A stretch of 64,000 nucleotides of DNA from positions 72,478,001 to 72,542,000 of the forward strand of contig OZ024745.1 in the NCBI GenBank assembly GCA_964016885.1. The letters are read 5' to 3'. The position numbers and the translations under genes were made by a program. Every line of letters begins with the position of its first letter. Position 1 is the first letter of the stretch. Shown here in pieces: positions 43,882 to 56,407 of this stretch. The notes beneath the pieces were generated by a model, which did not search any database, was not told the origin of the DNA, and saw only the letters and a program-made list of their open reading frames with translations. The stretch is from Eledone cirrhosa. Its lineage: Eukaryota.

Positions 43882-44458
43882 TGTTTAGAGAGTTGTAATG
43901 TTGCCACGAGGAACCATCTTTGGTAGAAAGATATGATAGGAATATCGACCACGACTTTAGCTTGTTTTTACATTATTTATTAACAAAGGTTGAGTTGGCA
44001 TGCCAAGAGAAATAAAACAAACGAATTAAGATTTCAGAAAGACACGGGCTACTGGCTGTTTGAGTGTTGCCAGGCCGTGGTTAAATTGTTGTGCTACATA
44101 TAATGTTGGTTAACTTGTATGGTTGAAGTTACACATAAAAATGAGGTTACAAAAGGGAATGTGCCATTGCGCCGGAAAGCCGGCAGGCTAAGGTGAAAAA
44201 TCTCACCGTCACATGTACGTGTTGCTGGTTCGAAGTTTCTGGTGCGAGAGAGAGAGAGTCTTCAGATCTTCGCGGGTAATTTCTCGCTCAGAACGCATAG
44301 GGATACATCCTCTTCTCCTGGCGCTGATTGGCTGAGCTGAGCCAAATCACGCACAGAGAATGTATGTGAGCCCGCGAAATGTAGGTCACTACAAGTTTGT
44401 TCCGACTCTTTTCGCTCTGTGTTTAACACAGTCATATAATCTGTGGGTGCCTTAAACA
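43882..44458 (-). mobile_element. Possible solo LTR
   Basis: TGTTTA...TAAACA termini; on the minus strand a CCAAT box precedes AATAAA; more GC-rich than the flanks. No TSD found. Confidence 0.35.
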
Positions 44459-44857
44459 AATATTCAGTTTGAGAATAACTTTCTCAGTTTCTGTCACCAG
44501 TTTTTGGAAACCCTGGAAAAAATAAAGGGTAATGGGCCTGCTTTTCCCTTTGTGACTAAGCAATGAACAAAACAATACTCTGGGCTCTATGTTGCTCACT
44601 ATACACGTGGCATTGCCTCATATGATCAACAAAACAGAGTTAATGAAGAAACAAAGGTTCACATATATCGCCTGTTGTGGCAAATCGTTACTTACATATC
44701 CTCTCTCTTGTTGCACACGACGTAATTATGTCATATGCAACCATGATCTTGAATGATATAATTGAAACTCAGTGTGTCTGCATATGGTCATATTTGATGA
44801 TTAATCTTTTCAAGCTTTCGCGTCTATGTTACCAAGATCGATGCGGGTATCATATCT

Positions 44858-44896
<39 letters not shown>

Positions 44897-45060
44897 AATG
44901 ATTATATTAATATAGGTGTTTGGTGCTATCAATATATATTACCTATTAGCTAAATATTTATAATACTAATAAAATGTCTTAGATATTAATTATCTCAAAA
45001 CCATAAGAAATTTAAACCACTTCTTTTTCATTATAAAGCTGGCATTTGGAACATAAAACT

Positions 45061-45300
45061 TTCTTCTTCTTCTTCTTCTTCTTCTTCTTCTTCTTCTTCT
45101 TCTTCTTCTTCGCTCACTTATTCCTAGGAAGGAGGAGGGACAGAGATCTCAAACACACCTTCAAGCGGGTCTTCTCAGAAGCAACTGTTTCCAATTGATC
45201 CGGCTGGATCCTCAAGCGAGACCAGCCAAGCCCAGGGATGTTTTGTGATGCAGCCATCTTGCTCGTGGTCTTCTTGGCTCATTCATTCCTGAGAGGGTCG
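45061..45300 (-). mobile_element. 3' end of an RTE (Expander/Rex3-like) LINE with (GAA)n tail
   Basis: RRPRARW...LAWSRLRIQPDQLETVASE...LLP, with a frameshift, followed by (GAA)n on the minus strand. Confidence 0.6.
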
Positions 45301-45791
45301 TGGGGGCAGTGTCCTCAAACACTCGTTCCAGTTTCCTAAAACGCCAAACATAGAACAAGAAATAAAGTAAACAAACGCGACGCGTACACGTTGGTAAACA
45401 TGTCGGTTGTTTGCTTGTTAGGATTGACAGACACATCATTCGGCTATATTTACAAATCACCTATAATTCCAATATACACAAACAGTTGTACACAGATAAA
45501 TATAACATCACATACAGAAAATCAAACAGATTATAATATACATGCAAAGTGCAAACAAAATTAAATTGTTTAAAATCAGTTATTAGCTTCTATGATACAA
45601 AACAATGATCCCAGCTCACAATCACCATCACACATTGTACATGAAAATAGTTCATATATTTCATGAACTATGAGGTAAAAGAGTAAACTGGTGTTTTGTT
45701 TTGTCTTACTTTTGTTTTCTCTCCTTTATTTCTAACTTACATTTTACTGGTTTACCCAAAACAACGTTATACACATTTCACAAAAGTATAT

Positions 45792-46182
45792 AATAATTGT
45801 TTCTACTATTAGCACAAGGCCAGCAATTCACCCAGTACATTACTGGTACTTTATTTTATCGACCTCGTAAGGATGAAAGGCAAAGTTAACCTCAGCGGGA
45901 TTTGAACTCAGATTTGAACTCTATGCGTCAAAGCATGGCGTCCGACCCTCTACCGATACTGCCAATGGTTTCTGATTTAGACAGAAAGCCAACAAATTTA
46001 GGAGAGAAGAAAGTCGATTAAATCAGCCCCAATGCATTAATGGTATTTTATCTTATCGACCCCGTAAGGATGATAGGCAAAGTTAACTTCGGCGGGATTT
46101 GAACTTAGAATGTAGAGGACGTAAATTTATCCCGCAAAGCATTTTGCCTGACGCTCTACCGATACTGCCAATCCACCGCCCT
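45792..46182 (-). mobile_element. Tandem pair of SINEs
   Basis: Two consecutive reverse-strand copies of the core. Confidence 0.85.
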
Positions 46183-46824
46183 TACAAAAGCATATAACAA
46201 TGAAAGATCTACGAGTTGAAGCTAATTCTTGATATTCGTGATATGAACCACTAAAGGACTCCACACACACACTCACACACACACAATACAATGGACTCTA
46301 TTACCTTTTACTTATAGATGTCAACACTATTTGTGAATCGAGACTTTAGAAGTTAAGTATGAAACACTGGGATTAGATTTAATTCATCTAGAGCTGGTTG
46401 TCTAATACCATGTCCTTTCGTAATAATTACAATTTGCCGAATATGAAATACGGCTATAATACTACTAAAATATATTGAGATAGGTGAAGCAGGATTGGTC
46501 TGAATAAGAAACACTTCATATGTATCCAATATATGAAGGTTTAGTTTTAATTTTTGAGGTTTTTAACAACGTAAGTCAACACAATTATATGTTGCCTTTT
46601 TTCATGTGCTGTTGATGCAGAGCTTTATGTTGAACTGAGAAAAACACTTAGGTATTTCGCTACTTGAAGGTGTGTAAGATATACACTCTGCTTCTTAAGG
46701 ATACCGGCTATAGTTAAATATCAAACGTGAAATCCCACATCGGCAGCTGGACAGAAATATTAACATTGAGTGCTCAAACTGGTGAACCATCAGTAACTAA
46801 ACATTACACGCCAATAGACTACAA

Positions 46825-46857
<33 letters not shown>

Positions 46858-48100
46858 CACGCACACACACACGCACACATACACACACACACACACGTGT
46901 ATATATATATATATATGTGTGTGTGTGTTTGTGTGTATGATATGTACGTGTTTATACGAATTTAAGTTACAATATCATCATATATATAAATATAAGTCAC
47001 AGACAAATTACAGTAAATAAACCAGGGGAAAATAGATTCATATTAATTCTGTTTCATTGTGTTCATATTGGGGTATCTGTATATTTGTGTTTTGCTTCAA
47101 CCGGAAGCCACCTGTAGAACCGTTTCAGGTTAACATCCGCTCGGTGAATAGGTCAAAGGTCACCAGATTTCTTTCACGTCAGTTCACTTTTTCCCTCTAA
47201 ACTTATCAAGGTAATCAAGTGGACTGTACAAATAGTCGTATTCCAGATCCTACCGGAATTGATGTTAGTATGTGTGAGCGTGTGTGCGTGCGTTCGTGTA
47301 TGTGTGTGTATGTGTATATATATATGTGTATGTGCGTGTATATGGGATATATTTGTGGATGGTTTGGGTTCAAGAGTAAGTATTATGAATGCATGTATGT
47401 ATGTATTGTCGTATATATGCATCTATATATATAAATATATGTATGTATGTATGGTCGTATGTATGTATGCATGTATATATATATACATATACATGTATGT
47501 ATGTATTATGTATGTACGTATCTATGGTCGTATGTATGTATGCATGTATATATATATATACACACATATACATGTATGTATGTATGTATGTATGTATGTA
47601 TGTATGTATGTATGTATGTATATGTATATATGTATGTATGTATATATATGTATGTATGTATATATATATATGTATGTATATATATATATGTATGTATATA
47701 TATATATATGTATGTATATGTATATATGTATGTATATGTATGTATGTATGTATATATATATATGTATGTATATGTATATATGTATGTATATATATATATG
47801 TATGTATGTATATATATGTATGTATGTATATATATGTATGTATGTATATATATATATGTATGTATATATATATATGTATGTATATATATATATATGTATG
47901 TATATATATATATATGTATGTATATATATATATATGTATGTATATATATATATATGTATGTATATATATATATATGTATGTATATATATATATATGTATG
48001 TATATATATATATATGTATGTATGTATGTATATATATATATATGTATGTATGTATATATATATATATATGTATGTATATATATATATGTATGTATGTATA

Positions 48101-48136
<36 letters not shown>

Positions 48137-48156
48137 TGTATGTATATATATATATA

Positions 48157-50850
48157 TGTGTTCGTGTTCTTCGTGGAGCTGAGTGCTGGACGGACCACCG
48201 CCTGGTACGCGCAAAAGTGAATCTAATCACCAAACGTAAAATCCGGGCTCCTGGTGTTACCCTGCCCAAAAGATTGAATGCTGCTCGTCTTAAGGATAAA
48301 AATGTGAAGAGGACATTGGAAGAAGAGATGCAGGCTGCAGATCTTGGTGAGGATTGGCCGACCCTTAAAAAGTCGGTTTATGATGTAGGCAGACGTGTTC
48401 TGGGATTGGTGCAGAGAAAACATCAGGACTGGTTTAATGAGAAAGATGTGCATATAGATGACTTGTTGGCTGATAAGAGGCGCGCTCTGTCACGCTACTT
48501 GACGGCAAGACCACAGGAGAGGAATACGTTGCATGAGGAGCTCAGGGATGTAAAATCACGTGTTAGGCGGAGTCTTTCTCAGATGAAGGATCAGTGGTGG
48601 AGTGAGAAGGCTGGTGAGATACAAACTGCGTCTGATTGCAATAACACAAAGCTGTTGTACAGTCTCTTGCGTGAGGTTTATGGACCGTCTTCTTCTCTGG
48701 TGACACCGATTCGCAGCAAGGATGGCAAAGAACTTCTTCGTGACTCACAGGGAATTCTACGAAGGTGGCGGGAGCACTTTGATGATCTTTTGAATCAGCC
48801 GTCTGTCGTCAGTGAAGATTTCCTCAATCTCATTCCGGAAAGTCCTGTGAAAGTAGCTCTCGCAGAGCCTCCGACACTTGTGGAGGTTGCAGTGGCTATT
48901 TCGAAGCTGAACAGTGGAAGATCTCCAGGTATGGATGGCATACATGCTGAGCTCCTACAATATGGTGGTGAGAGACTCCTGCAACATCTTCACTCTCTGT
49001 TTGGAAGGATATGGGCTAATGAATCCGTGCCTGAGGACTGGAGAGATGCAGTAATGGTGGTCTTGTACAAGGGAAAGGGTAACAGGAATGATTGTGGGAA
49101 CTACAGAGGTATATCATTGCTTTCTGTCGTGGGGAAAGTTTTATGTAGGGTGCTTCTGGACCGTCTGCTGACACACATTGCAGATTGTGTCCTTCCTGAA
49201 AGTCAATCTGGTTTTCGTGTTGGACGCGGCACTACTGATATGATCTTCTCAGCTAGACAGCTCCAGGAGAAGTGCATTGAACAGGGCTTGGATCTGTATC
49301 AGGTTTTTGTCGATCTGACAAAGGCTTTCGATACTGTCAACAGAGATGCATTATGGAAGGTTCTCCAGAAACTTGGTTGCCCTGATAAGTTCCTTGCTTT
49401 AGTTAGGTCTTTCCATGACGACATGAAGGCTTGGGTTAATGTCGGAGGTAACATGTCGGAGCCTATCTCAGTAAAAAATGGAGTGAAACAGGGGGATATT
49501 CCAGCACCGACCCTGTTTGCCATATACTTTGCAATGGTTTTCTGTATTGCATTCAGGAATTGCGAGCATGGTGTTTACATCCGATATCGAACCTCAGGCA
49601 GCATATTTAACATCAGGCGCTTTGCTGCGAAGACAAAAGTATTTACATCAGTCATAAGAGACCTCTTGTATGCAGATGATTGCGATCTTGTAGCGCACAC
49701 AGAGAGTGATATGCAGCACATTTTGAATGTATTTTCTGACGCTTGCACTGCCCTGGGTTTGACTGTCAGTCTCAAGAAAACCGTCGTCATGTACCAACCT
49801 GCACCTGGTAGGCAGTACACTGAACCAAACATCTATGTGTATGGCAAACGACTTGGAGTGGTTGATCAGTTTGTCTACCTGGGAAGCACTGTCAATCGAT
49901 ACGGCAACCTTGACAGTGAAATCTCACTTAGGATTAGGAAAGCAAGTGATGCTTTCGGAAAGCTAGAAAGGCGACTCTGGGGTCGGCGAGACATATGCAG
50001 GAGGACAAAGGTAAAGGTGTACAGGGCATGTGTACTCTCTTGTCTTCTTTATGCCTGCGAGACCTGGGTCACATATCGACGCCACCTTAAGCAATTGGAG
50101 CGTTTCCATCAGATGTGTCTCAGACGGATACATGGCGTTCGCTGGAGGGACCACATCAGTGATGTCGAGATTTTGGAAAGCTCTATGTGTGACAGTATAG
50201 AAGCTCTTGTGCTTAAGCAGCGACTCCGTTGGAGTGGTCACCTTGCCAGGATGAAGGATTCTAGAATACCAAAACAACTCTTCTATGGAGAGTTGGTTAA
50301 AGGAAAACGACCGCCACATAAACCAAAAAAGAGGTATAAGGATTCCTTGAAGGCCTCTCTGAAAGACGCTAACATCTCTGCTGATACATGGGAAAATATT
50401 GCTGCTGATCGTAATAAATGGAGAAAGACTGTATATGAGGGAAAAGTTGCCTTTGAGGCATCTCGAATCGCACACGAGAAAGTAAAGCGGGACGTGAGGA
50501 AGGGTATTGCTGTTGCACTTCCAGACGGCGAGGGTCCTCCTATGTTTCTGACATGCAGCGTCTGTGCGAGACTCTGCCTAAGCAAAGCTGGACTCGAAAG
50601 TCATCTTCGCAGTCATAAAGTAAGACCAGTGGTTGACTACCAGGCTGCTGTTGGAGATGCTACTCATCATGCTTGCCAAACATGTGGTAGAGAATGTAAA
50701 TCAGCAGGAGGACTCAAGCGACATGCAAAAGTACACGAACTCCAACCACAGCCGACTATTCCCAGTAAATGTTTTGGTTGCCGACTCTGTGCAAGACATT
50801 TTGGATCATTGGCTGGGCTAAAAAGCCACATTCGATCGCAGCACTGTTAG
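48157..50850 (+). CDS. 5'-truncated RTE-clade LINE ORF (end of APE domain, RT, three C2H2 zinc fingers), 897 uninterrupted codons
   Basis: [67 protein letters not shown] and three C-x2-C...H-x3/4-H motifs. The upstream part of the track ORF (47389-48156) is microsatellite, and there is no native start codon. Confidence 0.92.
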   Translation, partial: CVRVLRGAECWTDHRLVRAKVNLITKRKIRAPGVTLPKRLNAARLKDKNVKRTLEEEMQAADLGEDWPTLKKSVYDVGRRVLGLVQRKHQDWFNEKDVHIDDLLADKRRALSRYLTARPQERNTLHEELRDVKSRVRRSLSQMKDQWWSEKAGEIQTASDCNNTKLLYSLLREVYGPSSSLVTPIRSKDGKELLRDSQGILRRWREHFDDLLNQPSVVSEDFLNLIPESPVKVALAEPPTLVEVAVAISKLNSGRSPGMDGIHAELLQYGGERLLQHLHSLFGRIWANESVPEDWRDAVMVVLYKGKGNRNDCGNYRGISLLSVVGKVLCRVLLDRLLTHIADCVLPESQSGFRVGRGTTDMIFSARQLQEKCIEQGLDLYQVFVDLTKAFDTVNRDALWKVLQKLGCPDKFLALVRSFHDDMKAWVNVGGNMSEPISVKNGVKQGDIPAPTLFAIYFAMVFCIAFRNCEHGVYIRYRTSGSIFNIRRFAAKTKVFTSVIRDLLYADDCDLVAHTESDMQHILNVFSDACTALGLTVSLKKTVVMYQPAPGRQYTEPNIYVYGKRLGVVDQFVYLGSTVNRYGNLDSEISLRIRKASDAFGKLERRLWGRRDICRRTKVKVYRACVLSCLLYACETWVTYRRHLKQLERFHQMCLRRIHGVRWRDHISDVEILESSMCDSIEALVLKQRLRWSGHLARMKDSRIPKQLFYGELVKGKRPPHKPKKRYKDSLKASLKDANISADTWENIAADRNKWRKTVYEGKVAFEASRIAHEKVKRDVRKGIAVALPDGEGPPMFLTCSVCARLCLSKAGLESHLRSHKVRPVVDYQAAVGDATHHACQTCGRECKSAGGLKRHAKVHELQPQPTIPSKCFGCRLCARHFGSLAGLKSHIRSQHC

Positions 50851-50858
50851 TTGCTATC

Positions 50859-50900
<42 letters not shown>

Positions 50901-50979
50901 GCTTATGTGCGTGCGTGTGTGTGTATATATATATGAATATGTATATTATTATTGTTGTTGTCGTTATTATTATTATTGC

Positions 50980-51027
<48 letters not shown>

Positions 51028-51098
51028 CTTTTTTTTTTTTTTTTTTTTTTTTTTTATTGTGCAATGGCCATACTCGATAACGAGGGGGCAGCCATCAT
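48157..51098 (+). mobile_element. RTE LINE insertion including its 3' UTR
   Basis: The 3' UTR has (GT)n, (TAT)n and a T run, and ends tggccatactcgataacgagggggcagccatcat. The same end occurs alone at about 60456-60494. Confidence 0.9.
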
Positions 51099-51115
51099 AT
51101 ATATATGTATGTATG

Positions 51116-51146
<31 letters not shown>

Positions 51147-51223
51147 GTATGTATATATATATATATGTATGTATGTATGTATATGTATGTATGTATGTAT
51201 ATATATATATATGTATATATTGT

Positions 51224-51833
51224 GTCAGGTCACCAGTTGGTGCTACTGGTAACATGTATCCCAGTACAACCTGTCCCATGGTCGGGTCGTTGGCGACTAA
51301 ACTGGCAACCCCACCAAGGTTTCTTGGCGAGGAGGGTGACTTTGGACATCCTGCAGGACTAAAAACAAAACCTGTCAAAGGGCAAAGGAGCTCTTTAGAG
51401 TCAATGGCCATCCAAAATCACTGGGAGAAATGACCCCTTAGCCTTTGTCAAGGCAGAATTCTAGGAGAAGGAAAACTCTGATATAAAACCTGCAACCCTG
51501 ATGGTATCCAATGATGTTGACTTGTTCTTCTTTTTGGTAAATATTATCTTGGTTAAGAGAGTGGGACTGGCTTTGTGCAGTGCCTTTGCTCACTATAAAA
51601 GCTTCACGGCACAGGCATTGCTTTATATCTGGAGATCTCTCTGCACTTGTCGTCACATGGTACCATGGGCCCAACACTATGTGTCAATAATTGTCACAAG
51701 TGTAGTCTTTGTACCAGAGTTTTCAAGTCGCTGGCTGGACTAAAAAGTCACACTCGTTCAGCGCATCGGTAGGGGTTCTCCTACATGGATATAAAGTAAT
51801 GGCCGTACTCGAAAACGAGTTGGCAGCCACCAT
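51224..51833 (+). mobile_element. Full-length (610 bp) non-autonomous RTE-derived element
   Basis: The 3' part encodes [15 protein letters not shown], like the RTE ORF end [15 protein letters not shown], and shares the CTCG-NNAA-CGAG 3' stem-loop. The 5' part resembles an RTE 5' UTR. Confidence 0.9.
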
Positions 51834-51849
51834 GTATGTATGTATGTAT

Positions 51850-52459
51850 GTCAGGTCACCAGTTGGTGCTACTGGTAACATGTATCCCAGTACAACCTGT
51901 CTCATGGTCGGGTCGTTGGCGAATAAACTGGCAACCCCACCAAGGTTTCTTGGTGAGGAGGGTGACTTTGGACATCCTGCGGGACTAAAAACAAAACCTG
52001 TCAAAGGGCAAAGGAGCTCTTAAGAGTCAATGGCCATCCAAAATCACCGGGAGAGATGACCCCTTAGCCTTTGTCAAGGCAGAATTCTAGGAGAAGGAAA
52101 GCTCTGATATAATACCTGCAACCCTGATGGTATCCAATGATGTTGACTTGTTCTTGTTTTTGGTAAATATCATCTTGGTTAAGAGAGTGGGACTGGCTTT
52201 GTGCAGTGCCTTTGTTCACTATAAAAGCTTCACGGCACAGGCATTGCTTTATATCTGGAGATCTCTATGCACTTGTCGTTACATGGTACCATGGGCCCAG
52301 CACTATGTGTCAATAATTGTCACAAGTGTAGTGTTTGTACCAGAGTTTTCAAGTCGCTGGCTGGACTAAAAAGTCACACTCGTTCAGCGCATCGGTAGGA
52401 GTTCTCCTACATGGATATAAAGTAGTGGCCGTACTCGAAAACGAGTTGGCAGCCACCAT
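51850..52459 (+). mobile_element. Second full-length copy, in tandem
   Basis: Separated from the previous copy by 16 bp of (GTAT)n. Confidence 0.9.
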
Positions 52460-52787
52460 CTATATATATATATACATATACATGTATGTATGTATCATGT
52501 ATGTATGTATGTATGCATGTATATATATATATATATATAGATACATGTATGTATGTATTATGTATGTATGCATGTACGTATGTTATATACATTGTTGTGG
52601 AAAATAGTTGAGATTCGTTTAGATCACTGTAAAATGTGTTATAGGAGATGAGAGAATACAAAAATAGATAGGTAGACAGGCAAATACATTATCAGGTATA
52701 TATATATATATGTGTATGTGTGTGCCTATGTGTGTGTATATATATGCGTGTGTGCGTGTGAGTGTGTATATATGTGTGTGTATATGC

Positions 52788-52823
<36 letters not shown>

Positions 52824-52828
<5 letters not shown>

Positions 52829-53015
52829 AACGAGTAGGACCCCGACGGCTGAGCTCAAGCCGTTTCGACGGCTAATTCTGTCCAGAATTAGCCGTCGAAA
52901 CGGCTTGAGCTCAGCCGTCGGGGTCCTACCCGTTCCTATTACCCACTCTACTACCCTAAGTATTGAGTACTTTGGTGCGTTATGGTCCAACTGGTTCCTT
53001 ACCACATTTCTTCCG

Positions 53016-53017
<2 letters not shown>
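52824..53017 (+). mobile_element. Second full palindrome-plus-tail element
   Basis: Palindrome 52824-52939, centre TC. Confidence 0.85.
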
Positions 53018-53052
<35 letters not shown>

Positions 53053-54033
53053 TGTGTGTATATGCGTATGTATATATATATATATATATATGTCTGTGTG
53101 TGCATATATATATATATTTAGAGAAAGAGAGGGTGCAGCGAGATAAAGAGGGTGGCAAGGTGAAGAGAGAAACGGAAATAGTGAAAGTGAGTGTGTAGGA
53201 AGAAGATAGAAGAGCGATAGAAAATTGAAAAGTTCAGTTCCTCAGTTCATTGCAGAGACATATCTAAAGACACGCAAACAGTTAAATACAGCCATGAGTA
53301 TTTCTCAAGCAGAAATAACAAATTTAAACAAACGAGAGAAACTTTCAATAGATCTTTGCATGGCTGTCTAATGACTATCGCGGTGTTGTATTGGCTGTGT
53401 TGTAAGAACGTTGGATAAAATACTTTGCTGTATCTGCACAGGGTCTCTGCACTCGGAGTTCAAATCTCGGTCAATATTGTCTTTTTTATCCCTTTGGAGG
53501 TCGATAAAGACAATAAAATAAACTTCTCCATCAAATGGAAGATCTAGAAAAATTTCAAATATATATTAATGGGCTCAAAGCCTGCAGATTATGCAATGGT
53601 GAAAAATTGTGGATATTGAATAATCTCCACAATAACAAACTGCTTAATACACGTACAGAATTCTTTTCATAAGAGGCTTTTAAATAATTGATCTCCTTAA
53701 TATTCATATATATGCTTCCCCCCAAATCATTCTTAATTTATTGACTATTTTCTAGCCCCCTCACATTGACAAGTTAGCGTTTGTTTTTTGCGGTCAAATT
53801 GTTTCCCCTAGACGATTTAGATAATTATTAACCCTCGTTTTGGAGCTCTCCTCATTTTCCGTATTATTCATTATTTCCTTTCATTGGTTGGTCCTCAAAA
53901 CTAACTAAACATACGTACCTGGTATGGCCCCGTTATAGTAACTGGCCTTAATAATTATACTCAAACTCGTCATACGGACAAGAGTAGCTCTATCACTTGG
54001 ATATCTCTATCAACCTATTAATACTATTATATA

Positions 54034-54070
<37 letters not shown>

Positions 54071-54077
<7 letters not shown>

Positions 54078-54870
54078 AATAATGGAGCTGCGGCGCTGCA
54101 AATGGGTTACATATGAAAAAGTTTGTCCTCATCAGTGGCCATCCAACCGTCGTAGGCATTTCGTCGCATTAGAGGCCATATACTTCAGGTTGGTGCGAGC
54201 AACGGCTAAAAAGAAGTCGTTGGGACACGTAAATAAGGGGGACGCTAGGGTAAACGAACAAAATGGTTTAAGTAGCAGAAAGTAATGAAAAAGGAAACAA
54301 GTCCCAGATTTCTATGAATATAAATTCGGTGAAATCGTGAACGAGAGAATAAAGACCATCAAACCTGGTTGAAATGTGAGCAAGGAAGGAATTTCGCACA
54401 GGTCTAACGGGAGGAAGAAGGGGTCTGGTCTGCGAATTCGGTAAACATAAGTTCTGTGAAGTCGCAGACGAGAGAGAGAGAGAAAAAAAATTCATACCGG
54501 CTTGGCCAAGTGCCCGCGAGAAAAGGAATACGGACAGGTCAAACGGGAAGAAAGGGGAGGAGGAGAGGTAGTGACAGAGAGCGAGTGAATGAAAGGTGAG
54601 GAAGAGGCTAACAGAGAGAGAGAGACTGCTAGAAAGGGTAAAGACACAAAGAACGAAACAGACTGGTGGCAGCAGAGGAAAAATATATGTGTAAATATGA
54701 TAATAATGGAGCTGCGGCGCTGCAAATGGGTTACATATGAAAAAGTTTGTCCTTCATCAGTGGCCATCCAACCGTCGTAGGCATTTCGTCGCATTAGAGG
54801 CCATATACCTCAGGTTGGTGCGAGCAACGGCTAAAAAAAAAGTCGTTGGGACACGTAAATAAGGGGGACG
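54071..54870. mobile_element. (TA)n-embedded element with about 175-bp direct terminal repeats
   Basis: 54071-54244 is repeated at 54695-54870; purine-rich 450-bp interior; no TG...CA ends. Confidence 0.7.
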
Positions 54871-54985
54871 ATATATATATATATATATGTGTGCGTGTGT
54901 GTGCGCGTAAATATGTGTAGGTAGGTGTATAACGGTAGCTACAGGTGGTTCACCGCGTTTTATAAATGTACACATAAACTTTAAT

Positions 54986-55019
<34 letters not shown>

Positions 55020-55069
55020 TGTGTGTCTGTGTGTGAAGGCAAGGTTTGAAAAGGCGAGTAAGCTGCTAT

Positions 55070-55430
55070 TCTAGCTTTAGTGGTATGTTACGGTACTACA
55101 GCGAAACAGTACATGCGAGTTCGATTCTCGTGGGCAAATCTGTCTATTTTTTCCATTTTATTTGAGTTTATATACCCAATGCTACTACCACTATTGTATA
55201 GTTAAACCTGCATTGTTGCAGCTTACAGTAAGCTCATATATTCTCAAATGTATGTATGTATGCGTGTGTGTGTTTGGGGGGGGGGGGGTGCGTCCATGTC
55301 TATGTTTATTTTTGAGTCTGTGTCTTTTATTTATTTTCCTCAACTTAGAATTTAAAAAAAAACAAACAAGATCTACTAAATCAAGACGGTACCCCAGCAT
55401 GGCCGCCGTATAATAACTGAAATTAATAAA
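55070..55430 (+). mobile_element. Degenerate tRNA-headed SINE (different family)
   Basis: Box A-like TAGCTTTAGTGG and box B GTTCGATTC; tail ccccagcatggccgcc...actgaaa. Confidence 0.45.
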
Positions 55431-56007
55431 TGAATATTCGAATATCTTTGCACGTCTTCCTTACGATAATCACGACCCGTCTCACTGGATTTTCTTGTAT
55501 TTTTTCTTCTTTTCTTTATTACTGAAATATATGTGACTGTGAAGATATTCTAGACTCTAGAATATCTTCACTCTAGAATCTAGAGTCCTTCCCTACCCCA
55601 TCCGATATACACAAATATCTGCCGACTTACATACATGTTCGTCCACGCTAACACACATATACACAAATAGCAAACGACTTGAGTGAGTAAATATCTGGTC
55701 CATTGCCGACAACTTCACCTAGTTTCTCCCCCTTTCACTCATTCTTTTTTATCTTCTCTCTTTCCTTTCACACCCTCTGCCTGTCTCTCCCCTTTACACT
55801 CATTCCTCCTCACTATCGCTCTTTTTCTCACATAATACAGCGTAAATAGGTCTCTCTGTCTGTCTCCCAATCTACATTTTCTCTCTTGATATCTATGTCT
55901 CTCTCTTCCCCTCTCTCACTTTATATCTCTCTCTCTCTCTCCCTCTCTCTCTTTATATCTATGTCTCCCTCTCTCTCTTTATATCTATGTCTCTCCCTCT
56001 CTCTCTT

Positions 56008-56041
<34 letters not shown>

Positions 56042-56043
56042 TG

Positions 56044-56082
<39 letters not shown>

Positions 56083-56407
56083 CTCTCTTTTTCTCCCTTC
56101 AGCCCTCTATCTCTATCTATCTATATGTCTACCTCAGTTAATACAACGTAAGGTAGTAACTTCAACCTATTGTTTAACCATAGGTAGGCCCTGATCAACC
56201 AGACATAGGGCCAAAGATGATCCAGTCGTGAGCTCCTTTATTTTTTTGGATATTTATGAGTACATTGTCCGATGTTTCCTTCCATATTTATTACAGTGAG
56301 GTGTGATTTGTGTAAAAATGGGTACCCATTGCCTAAAGGTATACACATTGGCTTAACAATTCAACGAAACTTCATCGTTTATATATATATGTATGTATGT
56401 ATGTATG

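Noticed and set aside
47389-48156. N-terminal 256 aa of the 1153-aa ORF
   Set aside because: Microsatellite fortuitously in frame with the truncated RTE ORF.
51501-51743. Recurrent 80-aa [20 protein letters not shown]... as a small protein family
   Set aside because: It recurs only because the non-autonomous element is young and multicopy; it is disrupted in other copies and in the diverged subfamily.
55070-55135. tRNA gene
   Set aside because: A and B boxes are present but there is no complete cloverleaf; better explained as a SINE head.
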